DNA of 64,000 bases from Botryllus schlosseri (lineage: Eukaryota): NCBI GenBank assembly GCA_051294905.1, contig CM119384.1, forward strand, positions 4,836,001 to 4,900,000, given 5' to 3'. Both the position numbers and the translations under genes were made by a program. Shown piece by piece: positions 37,829-64,000 of the stretch. The notes under the pieces were generated by a model, which did not search any database, was not told where the DNA came from, and saw only the letters and a program-made list of their open reading frames with translations. Each line of letters begins with the position of its first letter. Positions within the stretch are counted from its first letter, which is position 1.

Positions 37829-39889
37829 TGTCGAGCCCTTCGCGACATATCGTTTTTTGGTAGTATTTTCTCAGCAGCCCGATGCGTAGGCTAAGTGACA
37901 TGTGGTTGCCAGACTATGATGATTAAAATTAGGAGTGTCGTAAGCGGCACCATAGTGTTCGTGAGGGCTAAGGTGATACTTGGAAAGGGGCGGAAAACAC
38001 AAGCTTAGCCTTGAACGTCAATTCAATTGCTATAAACATTTTCATTTCAATACACCACAAGACTGCGATACAACGTGCTGCCTTTTGATTAGTTGATTGT
38101 AAACTGAAAGGATTTTCAGGTGGAAAATCAGTCTGCATTTGAGAAGTTTATGTCCAAGTCCATCTTTCACATCTTGAGAAAATCAAGTTTTTGTAAAAAT
38201 TTCATTCTCTTTAGGCCATGTTTATCATGTTTGTCATATTGTTTCAAACCGTGGCCCAGATATGGCCGAAAGAGAGCGAATATACTTCACAAAAACTTGA
38301 TTTTCTCACTGATTCCCCAGCGACGAGATGGCATAGTCTTCCCTTCCATCGGGGTGGTCTGAGATTACGAGCATTGAAGGATAAGGAGAATCTCACCGGT
38401 CGCAAAGGGAAAACATAAATATAATCAGAGCGACGAGATTATCAGATTTGATGTTTATCTGCTCGCCATGTAGGCCTACTTCTTGTTGCCATTAAACGGC
38501 TTATTTTTAGACTCAGAGTACCAATTTCTGCTAGTTCCGGAAATCTGCAGAATATGTCAACAAGAATCTGTTGGTGATTGTAGCAATGCACACTATTGGG
38601 ATGCCTGACATAATTTCGGTGGACGGTAGGCATGAACAGACATCCATGTTTTTTCAACGATCTCATGCATGAGAAAATGTTTGCGCAAAGTGTGTCAACG
38701 ATCGCGGAGCGCATTTTCTGCCCAAAATCTAGTACGCGGGGAAACTGCGGCCCTCGTATCATGGTTTGGAAATAACCTGTATGGTCATAGGCCGATATAA
38801 ATATGGGAGATGTTTTATTTCTTTCAGTAATTCAGTATGTACGCAATACCGGTCTAGACTAGGCTACTTCCAAATGAGGTATAAATACTAATCACACAAG
38901 GAAATCTATCCCCACGATGGATTCACCTTTATTTAACCCTAAAGTCAACTTTCTGAGAAAGCCTTCCGCCACAAATTGGTAATATTGCGTGAAGATGTCA
39001 TCAATGACGCATGCCGGCTGATGGTGTTCGCTTTCCGCAGAAATAAATTATGACATAGGCGTAACAGCCTCAATATGTTTTATCCGCTTCGCAATCCTTT
39101 GTCGCTAAACAGCAATCGGTAAACAAACAACTGGTTTCCGCATCGAAATTGCGTCGCGAAACCTTTTTTGCCTGGTGCGACACTTCTCCGAGCGCATTAT
39201 TTTTGTTTATTGTTTGTAGAGTGGTGTCTCATAGGTCAGATAAAACTCGCTGTAAACAAACAAAGAATAAACTCGGAAGGATTTCCAGCGACTTGTACCG
39301 GCGAGTGCTGCTGTGAAACTGAAATTATAGCTACACGGCGATGCCTCGCACACTCTTTGAGGTTGCAATTTCCCGAAAAGTCACATTCCAAATGAGATTT
39401 TGGGTATTAGGTATTATATACGTCGCTCTTCCGCGGTGGCCCTAAACATATTGCGTTATACATCACATTAATTATCACTACCAAATATTTTATTATTGCT
39501 CAATCTTGATATATTTGTAATTAATCTGAAATAGCGCATTGGCCCAATAAGCATGACCCATGACAAGGCTAGTCATTTGTTGCGTAGCCTACAAATGTGA
39601 AATTAGCTATGTAGGGTAGGTATAGATCAGAGCTTCTAGAACTCCCTCTTCGTCCTCTCTTATCATCATATAAATATCTGAGAACCCTTCACTGATTTAC
39701 AGTGTGGAATGGAAAAAAGTCCACGTCCACAGGGTTGTTGCAAATTGCAATGACAATCCTGCTTGTTGTAAGATGTAGTATATTGTATAATTGTATACTC
39801 TACAACGCAGACTTAAGACTCCCACTTACAACTCTTACATCCCAGCATTTTATTCCTAATACTTTTTCGTGATCTCCTAGTTCGTTTCA

Positions 39890-41225
39890 TGACCAAACGT
39901 AGCCTTTCCGTTAATTTTCACTGTATATTGTGGCGTGTGATCCTTTTCGACTGCATATTGTGGCCTCCAACCTCGTACTCACTACTCATGCCAAACGTGG
40001 TCTCTCAGTTCGTTTTCGTAGCAGATCGTGGCCTCTGTTCCTCTTCGGCGGTCTTCCGTGGCCTCTCAGTTCGTTTTCAGGGCACATCGTGGCCTCTGTT
40101 TCTATTCTACGACATATTGTGGCCTCCCAGTTCGTTTTCATCACAAAACGTGGCCTCTCGACTCGTTTTCACGGCATATCGTGGCCTCTGTTACTGTTGG
40201 TCGGCTTGCTGTGGCCTCTTAATTCGTTTTCATCACAAAACGTGGCCTCTCAGTTCGCTTTCACCACATATTGTGGCCTCGGTTGCTGATCGGCGGCAAG
40301 CCGTGGTCCCATAGTTCTATTTCAAGACAAATCGTGGGTCTCAGCTCGATTTACCGCAGACTGTGGCCTCTGTTCCTCTTCGACGGCCTGCTGAGGCCTC
40401 CTAGTTCATTTTCATGACATATCGTCGTCTCTCAATTCGTATTTACCGCAGACTGTGGCCTTCGATGGCATCTCAGTTCATTTTCGTGACGAAACCTGAC
40501 CCATGAATTGGTTTTCAATGCATATGTGGCCTCTGTTCCTATTCAGCGGCCTATTATGGCCTTCGATGGCATCTCAGCTCATTTTCGTGACGAAACCTGG
40601 TCCATGAGTTGGTTTTCAATGCATAAGTGGCCTTTGTTCCTATTCAGCGGCCTATTATGACCTCCCAGCTCGTTTTCATCGCAAAACGTGTCGTCTCAAC
40701 TCGTTTCCACGACATATCGTGGCCTCTGTTACCCTGCGTCGGCCTACTGTGGCCTCACAGTTCGTTTTAACGGCTCACCGTGGCTTCCGGTACTCATCAA
40801 CAGCTTACCGTGGCCTCCTAGTTCGTTTTCGTCAAAAAACGTGGCCTCTCAGTTCGGTTTCACGGTATATTGTAGCCTCTGTTACTAAGCGGCGGCATCC
40901 TGTGGCCTTCTAGTTCAATTTCACAAGTTGTGGCCTCTCAGTTCGTATTTACAGCTGACTGCGGTCTCTGTTCCGCTTCGACGGCATGCTGTGGCCTCCT
41001 AGTTCATATTAGCTTTCGATGTATATTGCAGCCGCCTAGTCAAGTTGACGATGAATCGTGGCCTCTCAGTTCGATTTCGCGGCACATCGTTGCCTCTGTG
41101 CTTTTCGAGATCCAACTGTTACCTACGAGTTCATTTTCCAGGCAAAATGTGACCTATCAGTTCGTTCTCGATACATATTGTGGCCGCCTAGTTCAGTCCA
41201 CGGTATAATATGGCCTCCCAGATCA
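39890..41225. repeat. Minisatellite of 30-31 bp units anchored by GTGGCCTC, with a ~92-bp (30+31+31) higher-order period
   Basis: Roughly 40 diverged units such as gtggcctctgttcctcttcggcggtcttcc, gtggcctcccagttcgttttcatcacaaaac and gtggcctctcagttcgctttcaccacatatt. Explains the WPL-repeat ORFs. Confidence 0.9.
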
Positions 41226-42685
41226 TTTTTATTACATAACTCGCCTCATTTTCACGTGTATAGTACGAACACAACATCTTGCTTCTCATATCTTGTCACA
41301 TTTACTGAGTAAATTAGTAATTTCATTCTGGCTGTACCTCCGTAACCCTATATTGCTGACGATCAACCCGACGACACACACAACAAGCAGACGCATAGTA
41401 AGAAATTATATTCGCAATGTGAGTATAGCAATAAAATACACAGTTACCGTAAGATTGATTGCTATGCAAGTGGTCCTCGGTAGAAAACGATTCGCCAAAA
41501 GCGAAAGGGATTTACGGCGCGACGCCGCAATTACGCAAATGCAATATTTTCTAGAGGTCGTGGTTCCGCCAAAGCACCGGGAAATAAGAACAACGTCATT
41601 TGTGTATGCGATATTCGGATAGCAATGATTGCTCGTAGACTGCGTTAATTTCACAGGGCTGTTGCGCACCAGGGTACCGTGCATACCGAGTCCAAAACGC
41701 CGGCCGAGTACGAGTAGAGTGGTTTCCAAGCAAGTAAAACAGTAAGTATTTTTGAACAAATTTTGCAGAGATAACCGAAAACTGTTGAGTATAGTGACCA
41801 CCACTGCACGAATAAATATGCATCACTAGAGTAGAGACGAAACACGTTTTAACGCCTTAAAAATTCGATTTTACAAAATGCGACTTATTTTCGTTTCTTC
41901 GGGCAAATTTCAAAAAATTCATTACGAATGAAACTTTTATCGCAAAACAAGCGAATCGACAGACAAAAGAGCGGGGGCGTCTCGAACGGGCACAGACCCC
42001 CCCCCCCCCAACGTCATTAAATAGAGCCGTATGAGAACGCGTAGCTCTGAAACAACAAGTCAAAAACCCGCACCAACCGACAGTCGCACCCAGAATCGTG
42101 GGCGTTTAAGCGACGACTCTACACAAAACACGTTTGGAACAAAAAATATCGCGACAAAAAAGAATAAAAAAAACGGAAATAAATTAAACTACAAAACCGA
42201 CCATCCCACATCATCCGGGATTCCGCCGTCGTGACGTCACCACGGCTACAGCGTAACATCAAAATTGCCGTGCATGGTCGCTAATTTGTTTAGCTCTCAA
42301 CAGCGCGCCATGCAATGGATGCTTGCTTGCACGCTATGAATGTTTTTCCAGTATCCACAATAACACAACTCTAGCTGTTTATCTATTCGTTCGAATCTCC
42401 GTGAATTTTTGACTAACGGTTCAATCTGATGCAGGCTATGCGAGCTTGATACCTCATAGCAACGCGTTTCTAACTACGGCACAGCGTCGCACAGCAAAAT
42501 TGCATTGCTGTTAAAAAATCTCTCGAATCTGTCTTTTCCTGACTTTTTGGCTAGCAATTCAATCGGACACGGGTTCCGCTAGCGTGATACTTGACAGCAA
42601 CGTGTTTCAACTACCGCGCAGCGTCGGGCAATCGAAAACCGTGCGGCCGACATCGCGGGAAAACACAAATCCTCGCGCAACCCAA

Positions 42686-63052
<20,367 letters not shown>

Positions 63053-64000
63053 CTGAAAAAAATACAGTCTGATAACCACGCTATTCTATATATACATGGA
63101 TTTGGTAATACTACTGTTGATATACAATATTATTTCCAAATGTTCGGGTTTATTTCAATATGAATACATTATTCAATTGTATATTGAAGTTCTGTACGCC
63201 CAAAAAGTCTCTTTAAACATAGTTGCTTGTTTATGACTAGTACCTTGATACAACCAAATACTCCACTTATGCCTAAGACCAGAGGCAGTCAAATCATAAC
63301 CGCTGGAGCAAGCAGTACAATAGACAAAACATACTGAGCACATCAAAAAAGCACTACTAAGTTACTGACCACCTCCGTTAAGAACTCGGAAATGAGGTGA
63401 GGATCTATACAATCTCACAATACTAGGAAAACTTAACGACAATGATTTGCATGCAAAGCTAGCACACGCATGCTAACTCTAACAAGAACGCTCCAGGCCG
63501 CCTTGAAGTCTAATCAACGAAACCGAGTCGTCACCCGATATCTGTCCCGCAACATCGCTATGAATCATTTCGCGCCAGACAGGCAGCGGCATCGCAAACG
63601 CAAAAAGCAAGTAGTTCTGCACATTGACCCTGTGACTTCACTATTTCGAAAACAGGGCCTGTCGCTAACCGCGGTAATGATTGATGAGGTGAGGTCATGT
63701 ATGCGATAGCGAGATTTCTGCGCGACAAAATCTGTAGCCGCTGAGCAATTACTTTTTGGAAAACAAACCGGAGCTGTTGCGTATCATAATCCGCGCTACG
63801 AAAACACGGCCCGCGCGCTAAAAATAGTTTTTCTCACGCGGCCAGACCGTTGGAAAGCGAACTCCAGATCGCCTACTACGGAGGAAGTAAATAAGTTCAG
63901 AATTCAGCTATAAACGACATGCCATTATTCAAGTCCCCTGTGCTATTATGTTATCACGGTAGCGCCCCCTCCCATTTCCCGGGTCGTTTATATCCCGCTC

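Noticed and set aside
39890-41225. CRISPR array
   Set aside because: Eukaryotic context, no cas genes, only an 8-bp constant anchor, and the intervening sequences are related to each other in a three-unit cycle.

Overview
Eukaryotic animal genomic DNA, most probably an invertebrate chordate such as an ascidian (inference from chordate-like PBRM1/FoxP proteins and several 54-64 nt introns). It holds three protein-coding genes: an intronless PARP2-like ORF (4763-6676, +); a complete Polybromo-1/PBRM1 gene (10737-36745, +; 38 coding exons by my reconstruction, about 1781 aa; 6 bromodomains, 2 BAH, HMG box); and the 3' part of a convergent FoxP gene (63052 to 42686, -). The remainder is introns and intergenic DNA rich in non-autonomous DNA transposons (hAT-type with 8-bp TSDs, piggyBac-type with TTAA), a decayed Mutator/Phantom-like transposase, tRNA-derived SINEs and two higher-order tandem repeats. 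Two highlights. (1) FoxP has two mutually exclusive exons for the second half of the forkhead domain; the second (45636-45823) closely resembles the vertebrate stem-cell-specific FOXP1-ES exon 18b and carries an AT-hook. (2) A dispersed ~185-nt repeat family (at least 11 copies) carries a minimal type I hammerhead ribozyme motif with a palindromic stem III. Exon boundaries were read by hand and comparisons with human proteins are from memory; no searches were run.
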